DNA from: a virus
Lineage: Duplodnaviria; Heunggongvirae; Uroviricota; Caudoviricetes
DNA length: 36,800 nucleotides
Virus record (IMG/VR): IMGVR_UViG_2721755498_000005
Strand: one strand, 5' to 3'
Below, piece after piece: positions 28,668-36,800 of the stretch. The translations under genes were made by a program, and so were the position numbers. The notes under the pieces were generated by a model, which saw nothing but the letters and a program-made list of their open reading frames with translations, had not been told where the DNA came from and made no database searches. Position 1 is the first letter of the stretch. Each line of letters starts with the position of its first letter.

Positions 28668-28883
28668 TTAATCAAACAGGGGATAATTCGCGTCAACCTC
28701 ATCACTTCTCTGCTCTACCCTAGTGACTTCCATCAAAAACCCCAGGCCGTCATATAGCGAAACGGGGAATTCCAGCTCAAGCCAGAAGCAGTCTTCATAG
28801 ATGCGGCCCAACCAAAAACCTCCGCCACACTCCTTTGGGCGTTGAAAGAAGACCCAGTCGCCAAGGGTTAAACGTTCCAGCAC
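28668..28883 (-). CDS. Hypothetical small protein (doubtful)
   Basis: 71 aa ORF with GTG start and weak RBS, 48 bp upstream of the 203 aa gene; may be a remnant. Confidence 0.25.
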   Translation of the reverse strand: MLERLTLGDWVFFQRPKECGGGFWLGRIYEDCFWLELEFPVSLYDGLGFLMEVTRVEQRSDEVDANYPLFD

Positions 28884-29001
28884 CTAGCCCCGATAAATAA
28901 TCTGGTGATTACTGTCTTTTTTACCCATGGCTAACGCCTCGCTACTCTCGTTGTTCAACCTTGCTGACGTCAGATTCAAGTTCTTACATCAGGAACGTTC
29001 C

Positions 29002-29235
29002 TTAGTGCAGCCAGCTGTCGTCTTCCCAAACCTGTTGCATAATTTCCATCACCCGCTTTTTGTCTTCATCAAGCTTTAAGCCACTCAGCTCAACGCCGTT
29101 TGCCGACCCTTTACGGATGCGGATAGCGGTCTTGGGATAGATGGGTTGCAGGTTGCGGTAAAGCTCGGACTCCAGAGCGTCCAGGGTAGACTGGCTAATC
29201 TTCTGCTCTTTATCGATCATTATTTCAATGCGCAT
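29002..29235 (-). CDS. DinI-family protein (Tum-like module)
   Basis: 78 aa from the ATG at 29235 (GAGGTGA RBS); MRIEI.I.K......L..L..EL.......P...IR resembles DinI. Confidence 0.7.
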   Translation of the reverse strand: MRIEIMIDKEQKISQSTLDALESELYRNLQPIYPKTAIRIRKGSANGVELSGLKLDEDKKRVMEIMQQVWEDDSWLH

Positions 29236-29245
29236 AAAAGTCACC

Positions 29246-29434
29246 TCAGCTGATGACATCCATTGAGCGGTTGTATTCGTGGCTTCTGATTTTTGCCATG
29301 AGTTCATCAGTCAATTCAGAAACCCACTGCAGGGCCAGCCCCTTCTCTTCATCACTACACTCACTAGCCGCTACAAGCTTAAGAAAAAAATCAATGCGCT
29401 GGAGCTTCAAAGACTCCAAAAAATAGTCCTGCAT
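29246..29434 (-). CDS. Hypothetical small protein, first gene of the LexA-box-controlled operon
   Basis: 62 aa from the ATG at 29434 with AGGAGG RBS; LexA box 44 bp upstream. Confidence 0.45.
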   Translation of the reverse strand: MQDYFLESLKLQRIDFFLKLVAASECSDEEKGLALQWVSELTDELMAKIRSHEYNRSMDVIS

Positions 29435-29477
29435 CTTTCCTCCTATGACACCGCAAACAATACTGTACAGATAACCA

Positions 29478-29493
29478 CTGTTTATATTTACAG
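29478..29493. promoter_or_regulatory. LexA operator (SOS box)
   Basis: ctgtttatatttacag fits CTGT-N8-ACAG with an AT-rich spacer; tatgat/gataat -10-like hexamers adjacent. Confidence 0.55.
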
Positions 29494-29587
29494 TATATGA
29501 TAATCTTACTGATGTAAAACGTTTTTTTACGTTCATCAGCCTGATATGCCTGGTATTATTAAGAGCACGAATTGTTAACCCGCGTAA

Positions 29588-32002
29588 TTAATACAGGTTC
29601 CGCCACTTATCATCTTCCTGCAAACGCTGGTTCCGATAGAAGACACGCAGGCCTGCTCCTGACGGAATACTGCCGCCGCGAAGGAGTAAATCGACCTCTT
29701 TCTCGCTGCCATCAAATCCTCTGGACTTCAGTTCATAGACGAGCTGCTGTCGTTGATGGTCTGTAATTCGCTGTTTGTAGTCTCTACGCCGTTTCGGTTT
29801 CACCAGGCGTAACCTTGCAGCCAGTTCCCGGCGCTCTTTTTTGTTCATACTGTGCAGGTAATCGTGCAACTCCTTGTCATCCATGTGGGTAATGTCCGTT
29901 CTGGTATCCCCATCAGCTGATTTGTCTTTCCCTTGTTGGTTCAAATTTTCAGCAAGGGGACAGTTATTGCCACGAGTCCAAGGGGCGCAAGCGCCCTGGT
30001 CGGCTGCCGCCTCCTGAACGTCAACGGCTTTACGAACCATTTTCCACTTCACTGCATGAGTGCAGATCTTGCCCTCTGCAATGGGTGACCAGATGCCATA
30101 AATACGAATGCCGTGATCGCCATAGGCGGTCGGCTCTTCGTTGATTTCATAAGCGGTTCTGATGAGGTGATATTTACGGGGAACCAGTACGCCGCCCTGC
30201 TTCATGATGTAGGTGGCAAAACAACCAGCATCAGCAGCAGCCAGGATGGCATCAAGGCGCGGGTTATCCAGTACCGGCGCACCTGCTTTTTTGTCCCCCT
30301 TTTGCCTTACCGCCTGACCAGCCAGCAATCGCAGTTCACGGTAAGCCTGACGCCCCGGAATGCCAAAGAAGCGGAATTGCTGAACACGATGCAAAGACGC
30401 CCAGGCATTCACGTATTCAGCGTTATCACGCAGAGATTTACCCGTTTCCTTGCTGATCTCGCCAGCCAGACCACGCCCGTCAATGTTCTTACTGATGTAT
30501 TTCGCTATGTAGCTTGTCGGCGTTCCTTTGCGCGGGTTAATCAGCTCAGACTTAAAGCGCGGCCCCGTGTTATTGCCCAGCTCCTCGCGGTCTTCACGGA
30601 TAGCAAACTTACGCAACAATGCTGTAATGGCGCGGCGGTCTTTTTTGCGCATGAAACACAACAGGTGCCAGTGAACTGTGCCGTCGTGATGCGGCTCAGC
30701 CACCCGCACGCCATACCAGCGCAACCCGGCTTTGTGCATCGCCTTACGAAATGCAGCAAACATACCGACCAGATAATCGCTGCTTTGTCTTACCGTCGCA
30801 TTTGTCCAGGTCGGGTTGGGCCTGCCGTTATTTAGCGTGGAATGGAAACGTGACGGACAGGTGATGGTGTAGAAAACGGCGCAGTCACCGCGCATTTCCG
30901 CGATAAGCTCCAGACCTTTAACACAGGCCATCATCTCATTGCGGCGATGCGCAGGGTTGCTGCTGCTGGCGTTTACCACATCCTCCATGTCTAGCGTGTC
31001 GCCGTCTTCGTTCACCAGTTCATGAGAACGGAAAAACTCCAGCGACTTACGGCGCTGCTCACGTTTATGCAACACGGCTTCATAGCTGACATAGGGAGAT
31101 GCTTTTTTGCTGACAAGGCAGACAGCACGCAACTGCTCTTCCCGCCATTCGCAACGCATCTTCCATAATTTCCGATACCACCAGTCGGCGCACAACATAC
31201 GCGCCAGCGAACCCGGAATGAGTTCATAGGGCACGGGTTTACGGCGGTTTCTTTTCCGACGGAGTTGCTCAAACGCAGGCGGGATGACATCCAGACGCAG
31301 GGTTTCCGCTGCCACCCTTTCCCATGTATTGCGGATTTCTTCTGGCTTAACGTCATCGGTGGCATACAAATCGCCACAAGCGGCATCAAGGCACATACTC
31401 ATATGCGCAGCTACCAGGGTGGACAGGCGTTTCACCTGATCCTGACTCATTTCAGGCAGGATCAGCAGGCCGTCCAGCCCTTCATGGCTTGCCATAAAGC
31501 GAAAAGATGCAGATAGCTGACTGTCGCGTACATGCTCCAGTCGTTCCAGACATGGCTTAATCGTCTCACGTAAATAGCGGGAATAAGCCTTTGGCCTGCC
31601 CAGGCTGCTGAAGTATTCAATACGTTGCATCAGCGGCTTGCTGATATGGGAAGGCTGGGCGTTGACGTCCGCCAGAATGACCATATCCGGATTAAAACGC
31701 TGCTGCTCATGCGCCAGCTTTGCCCGACTAATGAGCTTATCCTGTTCCATTTCGCGCTGGACAGGATCACGGGATTCATTAAAGAAATAACGCTCCCAGA
31801 CCTGATCACTCAGCGCCTCACGGCGCAGCTGTTCCTGCTCGTTATCGGCAGCGTACAGAGTGATCAGGTTTGAAAGCGTAGAAACCGGCGCAACTTCCAC
31901 CGGGTCCAGATAAGGGTTAATGGCCTTTTTCGAGCTGTTCCATGAGAACGATGCGGCAGCTTCGTTAAAGCCGCAGCAGTTGTTCATATCGGCATGACTC
32001 AT
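29588..32002 (-). CDS. A: Replication initiation endonuclease gpA (rolling-circle)
   Basis: 804 aa with the active-site tyrosine motif [12 protein letters not shown]. Confidence 0.85.
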   Translation of the reverse strand: MSHADMNNCCGFNEAAASFSWNSSKKAINPYLDPVEVAPVSTLSNLITLYAADNEQEQLRREALSDQVWERYFFNESRDPVQREMEQDKLISRAKLAHEQQRFNPDMVILADVNAQPSHISKPLMQRIEYFSSLGRPKAYSRYLRETIKPCLERLEHVRDSQLSASFRFMASHEGLDGLLILPEMSQDQVKRLSTLVAAHMSMCLDAACGDLYATDDVKPEEIRNTWERVAAETLRLDVIPPAFEQLRRKRNRRKPVPYELIPGSLARMLCADWWYRKLWKMRCEWREEQLRAVCLVSKKASPYVSYEAVLHKREQRRKSLEFFRSHELVNEDGDTLDMEDVVNASSSNPAHRRNEMMACVKGLELIAEMRGDCAVFYTITCPSRFHSTLNNGRPNPTWTNATVRQSSDYLVGMFAAFRKAMHKAGLRWYGVRVAEPHHDGTVHWHLLCFMRKKDRRAITALLRKFAIREDREELGNNTGPRFKSELINPRKGTPTSYIAKYISKNIDGRGLAGEISKETGKSLRDNAEYVNAWASLHRVQQFRFFGIPGRQAYRELRLLAGQAVRQKGDKKAGAPVLDNPRLDAILAAADAGCFATYIMKQGGVLVPRKYHLIRTAYEINEEPTAYGDHGIRIYGIWSPIAEGKICTHAVKWKMVRKAVDVQEAAADQGACAPWTRGNNCPLAENLNQQGKDKSADGDTRTDITHMDDKELHDYLHSMNKKERRELAARLRLVKPKRRRDYKQRITDHQRQQLVYELKSRGFDGSEKEVDLLLRGGSIPSGAGLRVFYRNQRLQEDDKWRNLY

Positions 32003-32856
32003 GCACGTACTCCGTACACGGCAGAACTATCCACGCCACGCGAATAATCAAATCCCACCCAGCAGCGCGGCCCGGAAACAGCAATGATTTCTGTTGCTGA
32101 TTTACCCTCGCCAGCTGCCACACCGATGCTGCGTTTTGCCTTGATGTAGTGGTGAGTAAAATTGCGATACAGCGAACGGATCAGGGATGTGTCACTGTTA
32201 GAAACAATGACCGGATGTCCTTCTGATGACCGATGTTCAAGAACAGATGCCAGGTGATACTGGTCATCTTCAGTGAAGCCGTCAGTGTGATAGCCGGAAA
32301 ACGTACCGTCATACGGCGGATCGCAATACACCACATCCCCCGCCTTCAACATCGCCAGCGTTTCATCAAAGCTGGCGCAGATAAACGTTGCTCGCTGGGC
32401 CTTTTCTGCAAATGCGCGAATTTCTTTTTCAGGGAAATACGGATTTTTATAATTACCGTAGGGAATGTTGAAATGCCCGCTCTTGTTATAGCGACATAAA
32501 CCACGGTAACCGTGACGATTGAGATACAGGAAATATACCGCTTTCATGAAATCAGTAATTTCAGTTGAGTAATTAAACTCCTGCCTTATGTTGTAATAAG
32601 CCACCTCCCTGTTTGCGATCTCAAATAAAACTCTGGCGCGAGATATAAACGATTCACAATCAGCGGCAACCTTTTTATAGAGGTTGATTAAATCAGGATT
32701 AATATCCGCAACCAGATAGCTGGGATAATCCGTCTCCATCATCACAGCACAGGAACCCGCGAAAGGTTCAACCAGTCGCGGGCCAGCAGGAAGATGTTTT
32801 TTTAGTTCGGACATTATGGCAGTTTTATTTCCCGCCCATTTCAGGATGGTGCTCAT
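31999..32856 (-). CDS. DNA N6-adenine methyltransferase (Dam-like)
   Basis: 285 aa from the ATG at 32856 (GGAGGTG RBS); [12 protein letters not shown]-terminus, FAGS and DPPY motifs; ATGA overlap with the upstream gene. Confidence 0.8.
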   Translation of the reverse strand: MSTILKWAGNKTAIMSELKKHLPAGPRLVEPFAGSCAVMMETDYPSYLVADINPDLINLYKKVAADCESFISRARVLFEIANREVAYYNIRQEFNYSTEITDFMKAVYFLYLNRHGYRGLCRYNKSGHFNIPYGNYKNPYFPEKEIRAFAEKAQRATFICASFDETLAMLKAGDVVYCDPPYDGTFSGYHTDGFTEDDQYHLASVLEHRSSEGHPVIVSNSDTSLIRSLYRNFTHHYIKAKRSIGVAAGEGKSATEIIAVSGPRCWVGFDYSRGVDSSAVYGVRA

Positions 32857-33080
32857 ACAGCACCTCCGTTGTAATGTTTGCCTTTCAGCTCTGCGATTTC
32901 CTGACAGGTAATGCAAAGCTGCACACCCGGAATGGCACGGCGGCGTGCTGGCGGAATTGGCGCTTCACACTCAATGCAAAGCACGCGGGACACGCCCGGC
33001 GTTTTGGCACGGGCAGCACGGATATGGCGTTGGCGTTCTTCTTCAACGCGCTGCTGTACGAGATCCATTGCATCAGCCAT
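32853..33080 (-). CDS. TraR/DksA-family C4 zinc-finger protein
   Basis: 75 aa with CIECEAPIP...CITCQE (C-x2-C-x17-C-x2-C). Confidence 0.7.
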   Translation of the reverse strand: MADAMDLVQQRVEEERQRHIRAARAKTPGVSRVLCIECEAPIPPARRRAIPGVQLCITCQEIAELKGKHYNGGAV

Positions 33081-33319
33081 TAGTGGATCTCCTGCGCTTC
33101 GTTCTGGATTGCTTCAGCAGTCACACGAAGCAGTTCTGCCGCTTCGACGTGGGTTAGCTGGCGGGATGTGATATGACACGCCAGGCTATCAAGGCGAGCT
33201 GCCATTGCTTCAGCCCTTGCCCGGCGTTCTTCCAGACGAGCCTCTGTCAGTAAAATATTAAGCCCTGCGTCATCCGGTCCGGTTTTGGTCGAGAGGGTTT
33301 CAATATTACGCATAATCAA
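33080..33319 (-). CDS. Hypothetical early-region protein
   Basis: 79 aa ORF translationally coupled (TAATG) to the TraR-like gene. Confidence 0.4.
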   Translation of the reverse strand: MIMRNIETLSTKTGPDDAGLNILLTEARLEERRARAEAMAARLDSLACHITSRQLTHVEAAELLRVTAEAIQNEAQEIH

Positions 33320-33380
33320 TTCTCCTGAATTTAGATAAAGGGATGCCCGGCGGGTTTACGCCATTAATTTCATTAGTTGG

Positions 33381-33722
33381 TTAATTCGGCATGGTTAGCC
33401 GTCTGGGAAATAAGCTCACCACTGCACGAAAATGATTCATTGCTTTAATCAACTCCCGCTTTTCGTCAGTGGTCAGCTCATTAATGCTGATGCTATGACG
33501 TTCAGCTGGAATTTTTGCCATAAAGAATATGGCAGCCAGTGCCCGTTTATTTTGTTCGCTATTAATATCCCGTGAATCACGCATATCTTTAATAAACCGC
33601 TCAAGCTCTGACTCAATATTCAGGCCAAAAACTTTCGCCCTTAACTCCGCAATGTGATTAAGTCCATTCAGGCGTTCACCGGGGCTTAATGGAACAGTCG
33701 CCGCAGTGCCTTCAATAGCCAT
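33381..33722 (-). CDS. Hypothetical early-region protein
   Basis: 113 aa ORF in the lytic early operon downstream of cII. Confidence 0.4.
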   Translation of the reverse strand: MAIEGTAATVPLSPGERLNGLNHIAELRAKVFGLNIESELERFIKDMRDSRDINSEQNKRALAAIFFMAKIPAERHSISINELTTDEKRELIKAMNHFRAVVSLFPRRLTMPN

Positions 33723-33916
33723 TTGTTCCCCCGTTTTTTCGTAGATAGTTCTGCCAGCAATTCATCTTGTGAACGGCACGGATGCCAGCGTTTACCATCC
33801 TCCCCCATGATCCAGCCGTGACCGTAATGCATTGCCGGGCTTTGTTTAACCAGCAGCGATGCAAATGATGGTTCTTTCGTCAGCATAAGCACCTCACAGC
33901 AAACCAAATGAAGCAC
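33686..33916 (-). CDS. Hypothetical early-region protein (Fil-like position)
   Basis: 76 aa ORF overlapping the cII 3' end; start codon uncertain. Confidence 0.3.
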   Translation of the reverse strand: MLHLVCCEVLMLTKEPSFASLLVKQSPAMHYGHGWIMGEDGKRWHPCRSQDELLAELSTKKRGNKWLLKALRRLFH

Positions 33917-34409
33917 CGAGGCCAGTCACGGTATCAACTGCACTCGCCATCGCAGGATTAGCCTGTAAACGGGCCTGCAATGAAACAGCCGCCAGCGCCA
34001 TCAGTCGTGTTACAGAGTTAATGCTGCTGATAGCATCACGACGACCGGCACAGGTTTTTACATCGCCAGACACCGCACCTGCAGCAACACGCCCGATCTC
34101 TGCGGTTGCACTCATGACGTAATGTGGCAGTTTCTCTTTTGCCACCTCATTAATCGGTACACATGGCAGACAATGAATCTGTGCCAGAAAACCATCTACC
34201 AGCGTTGAATCTTCAGTCAGATCGGTAAGCAGCCAGATTTCTGGTGCGGTTAATAAATGAGGCTGAGCTGGGTTCAGCTTGTTCCGCAGAATCTGCACAT
34301 TCATGCCTGCACGTTCTGCCAGTTGCACCAGATTGTGGCGCAGTGCAAATGCACGACAGGCTTCATCAAAATGTGGATGTTTGGAAACTTGGTAATCAAA
34401 CATGGTCAA
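33894..34409 (-). CDS. cII: CII-like transcriptional activator (186 type)
   Basis: [21 protein letters not shown]...[50 protein letters not shown] closely matches 186 CII. Confidence 0.75.
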   Translation of the reverse strand: MTMFDYQVSKHPHFDEACRAFALRHNLVQLAERAGMNVQILRNKLNPAQPHLLTAPEIWLLTDLTEDSTLVDGFLAQIHCLPCVPINEVAKEKLPHYVMSATAEIGRVAAGAVSGDVKTCAGRRDAISSINSVTRLMALAAVSLQARLQANPAMASAVDTVTGLGASFGLL

Positions 34410-34435
34410 TGCCTCTGATGTATTTCAGAATCGAA

Positions 34436-34657
34436 CTAATTAAGGTTTAGATTGCATTCTGAAAGCGCATCAACGGTCATTGCTGCTATGTTGATCATCA
34501 CTTTTTCGCGTTTTTTATCTTTGCGCAGACGGTGACGGATAAGGCGTCCATCAGCCAACATGTCATTGATGGTATCGATGGATAGCCCTGTCAGCTCGCT
34601 ATAGCGTTCAATAGTCACATGAGGCGTGGTAAGAGTGATTGAAATGTTAGGTCTCAT
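34436..34657 (-). CDS. apl: Apl/Cox-like excisionase and lytic-switch regulator
   Basis: 73 aa HTH protein, first gene of the lytic operon facing cI; GAGGAA RBS. Confidence 0.6.
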   Translation of the reverse strand: MRPNISITLTTPHVTIERYSELTGLSIDTINDMLADGRLIRHRLRKDKKREKVMINIAAMTVDALSECNLNLN

Positions 34658-34782
34658 GATGCAACATTCCTCGTTTAATGATGATTAATCAGGACGAATA
34701 CGGATCGTTTGTATTTTGTGAACACCATAAACATACGATCGCACGGTGAAATCGTCAAGATAAAAGTTCACTTGGAGTGACC
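34658..34782. promoter_or_regulatory. Lysis-lysogeny switch region (pR/pL and operators) between apl and cI
   Basis: 125 bp AT-rich divergent intergenic region with partial dyads containing CGATCG; by analogy with the 186 switch. Confidence 0.4.
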
Positions 34783-35352
34783 ATGAATTTGGAGAAAGGC
34801 GGACGAGGCGCCATAGAGCGCATGGTAGAAGCTTATGGATTCAAGACTCGACAGGCGTTGTGCGATCATTTAGGAATCTCTAAAAGTACACTCGCCACAC
34901 GCTACATGCGTGACTCATTCCCAGCAGAATGGGTAATCCAGTGCGCCCTTGAAACAGGCACCTCGCTTAATTGGCTCACAACCGGGCATGGTTCAAAGCA
35001 AACTTCAGGTAATACAAATACTATGGAAGTTGCTAAATATGTATTATCTGATGGGGCCTTGTGTGAAGACGGTTTTTATATTTTCGATAGAGAATTTCTA
35101 CCGTCGGCATTCAAGAATCTTTTTGTAATCACAGATAATAATTCTGAATTTATTTGTGATAAGGAATTTGATGATATACGTGATGGTAAATGGGTAATAA
35201 GTATTGATGGCGAAATAACGATCCGTGACATTACTCGTTTACCCGGTGGAAGAATCTTCGTCGAGGGTGGAAACAGAGCCTTTGAATGTAAGATAGAAGA
35301 CATTGAAATAATTGGTAAAATTATAAGTTTAACAGTCAAGTATGTTAAATAG
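34783..35352 (+). CDS. cI: CI immunity repressor (186 type)
   Basis: 189 aa from the ATG at 34783 (GGAG RBS); EAYGF...L..H..I..S.LS.RY.R....AE.VI.CALETG..L.WL.TG and C-terminus resemble 186 CI. Confidence 0.8.
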   Translation: MNLEKGGRGAIERMVEAYGFKTRQALCDHLGISKSTLATRYMRDSFPAEWVIQCALETGTSLNWLTTGHGSKQTSGNTNTMEVAKYVLSDGALCEDGFYIFDREFLPSAFKNLFVITDNNSEFICDKEFDDIRDGKWVISIDGEITIRDITRLPGGRIFVEGGNRAFECKIEDIEIIGKIISLTVKYVK

Positions 35353-35367
35353 TACCGGGAGGAAATT

Positions 35368-35559
35368 ATGCTTGGTAAGGTATTTTTTGTGGTTTTGTCA
35401 TGTTCTTTGTTATTAAACCCACTAGCTACCTATGCTAGAAATTATCCCTGCTCAGGGAAAAAGGGAGGTGTTTCTCACTGTACCTCTGATGGCAAATTCG
35501 TTTGCAATGATGGAACTATTAGTAAATCCAAAAAAATCTGTACTAAAAACTCACGATAA
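35368..35559 (+). CDS. Hypothetical small secreted Cys-containing protein (moron between cI and int)
   Basis: 63 aa, strong GGGAGG RBS, predicted signal peptide, five Cys; AT-rich. Confidence 0.4.
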   Translation: MLGKVFFVVLSCSLLLNPLATYARNYPCSGKKGGVSHCTSDGKFVCNDGTISKSKKICTKNSR

Positions 35560-35747
35560 CTTTTGCTTTTATATCTGCGCCTAAAATAAAAATGAGCCAC
35601 AGGTTAACCGCAAAAGTTACATGATCACATAGCAAAAAGAATAGCCTACTTCATTATGGCTTCAGTGAGATGTATGGTCGCAGGATTTCATACATTGACA
35701 CTGGTTATACATACAGTAAAAATGCTCTCTATTGGAGGGCATTTTTT

Positions 35748-36800
35748 ATGGCTGTACGAAAACTCACCACAGGAAAATGGCTTTGCGAATGTTACCCCGC
35801 CGGACGTAGTGGGCGTCGTGTGCGTAAACAATTCGCCACCAAAGGCGAAGCACTGGCTTTTGAGCGTCACACGATGGAAGAAACCGAAGCAAAGCCCTGG
35901 CTAGGTGAATCAGTGGATCGTCGAACACTGAAAGACGTGGTTGAGCTATGGTTCAAACTACATGGTAAATCACTGACTGCTGGGCAGCATGTCTATGACA
36001 AATTGCTGCTGATGGTTGACGCTCTGGGCAATCCCCTTGCAACTGATCTAACCTCTAAAATGTTTGCCCACTATCGAGATAAACGCCTGACAGGTGAGAT
36101 CTACTTCAGCGAGAAATGGAAGAAAGGAGCAAGCCCGGTCACCATTAACCTGGAGCAAAGCTATCTAAGTAGTGTTTTTAGCGAACTATCCCGCCTGGGC
36201 GAATGGTCGTATCCGAACCCACTGGAGAACATGCGAAAATTCACCATCGCAGAAAAAGAGATGGCATGGCTTACCCATGAGCAGATTGTTGAATTACTGG
36301 CTGATTGCAAACGTCAGGACCCAATTCTGGCACTGGTAGTTAAGATATGCTTAAGCACAGGCGCACGCTGGCGAGAAGCCGTAAATCTTACTCGTTCACA
36401 GGTGACCAAATACCGAATTACCTTTGTAAGAACGAAGGGGAAGAAAAACAGAAGCATCCCTATCAGTAAAGAGCTTTACGAAGAGATCATGGCGCTTGAT
36501 GGGTTCAATTTCTTCACAGACTGCTATTTTCAATTTTTATCCGTGATGGAAAAAACGTCTATCGTGCTCCCTCGCGGTCAACTCACACACGTTCTGCGCC
36601 ATACGTTTGCGGCGCACTTCATGATGTCGGGTGGAAACATTCTGGCCTTACAAAAAATTCTCGGACACCACGATATAAAAATGACTATGCGTTACGCACA
36701 TCTGGCACCGGATCATCTGGAAACGGCGCTCCGTTTCAATCCTCTGGCAACGCTGCCAAGTGGCGACAAAGTGGCGGCAGCGGTTGGCATTACCCCGTAA
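35748..36800 (+). CDS. int: Tyrosine integrase (P2/186 family)
   Basis: 350 aa from the ATG at 35748 (GGAGGG RBS); conserved C-terminal catalytic region (..LSTGARW.EA, HVLRHTFA..F, MRYAHLAP); stop at 36798..36800. Confidence 0.85.
   Translation: MAVRKLTTGKWLCECYPAGRSGRRVRKQFATKGEALAFERHTMEETEAKPWLGESVDRRTLKDVVELWFKLHGKSLTAGQHVYDKLLLMVDALGNPLATDLTSKMFAHYRDKRLTGEIYFSEKWKKGASPVTINLEQSYLSSVFSELSRLGEWSYPNPLENMRKFTIAEKEMAWLTHEQIVELLADCKRQDPILALVVKICLSTGARWREAVNLTRSQVTKYRITFVRTKGKKNRSIPISKELYEEIMALDGFNFFTDCYFQFLSVMEKTSIVLPRGQLTHVLRHTFAAHFMMSGGNILALQKILGHHDIKMTMRYAHLAPDHLETALRFNPLATLPSGDKVAAAVGITP

Larger units (their letters stand above)
2780..36800. mobile_element. P2/186-family prophage (left end about 2780-2855; right end beyond the window)
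   Basis: Contiguous P2-ordered late genes ogr-D-U-T-E-FII-FI-H-I-J-W-V-S-R-lysis-X-L-M-N-O / P-Q plus 186-like early genes A, cII, apl, cI and int. Confidence 0.85.

Noticed and set aside
28981-28992. Perfect 12 bp palindrome aggaacgttcct downstream of the DinI-like gene
   Set aside because: Single short palindrome with no T-run and no partner site; insufficient to call an operator or terminator
27764-29587. P2 old or tin homologues in the accessory region
   Set aside because: No ORF of suitable size (Old is a roughly 590 aa ATPase-nuclease) and no Walker-motif protein present; the region holds different cargo
30113-30835. 240 aa plus-strand ORF
   Set aside because: Antisense within replication gene A
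1-36800. CRISPR arrays, rRNA or tRNA genes, IS elements or transposases
   Set aside because: No regularly spaced direct repeats, no rRNA- or tRNA-like structures and no transposase-like ORFs with terminal inverted repeats were seen; the only mobile element is the prophage

Overview
The window holds three intact E. coli-type core genes (grxA, ybjM, ybjL; 1..2620) followed by a near-complete P2/186-family (Peduovirus-like) prophage that runs from about 2780 to the window end and beyond. Calls rest on reading the translated ORFs against remembered P2, 186, Mu Gin and Ec86 sequences and motifs; no database search was run. The prophage, left to right: ogr; the tail and baseplate genes D, U, T, E/E', FII, FI; a Gin/Hin-type invertase with an invertible tail-fibre cassette; H, I, J, W, V; an AT-rich moron; S, R, the lysis genes, X, L, M, N, O (all minus strand); P and Q (plus strand); then the accessory region, the early/replication genes (A, Dam, TraR-like, CII, Apl), the 186-type CI repressor and the integrase. 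The most notable cargo is a complete Ec86-like retron between portal gene Q and the putative cos site: an NDT-like effector, an msr-msd ncRNA flanked by 11-13 bp inverted repeats, and a reverse transcriptase with a YADD motif. Other candidates are an unannotatable membrane protein next to cos, the membrane-protein moron between V and S, a LexA-box-controlled Tum/DinI-like operon and a small secreted protein between cI and int. No rRNA, tRNA, CRISPR array or IS element was seen.
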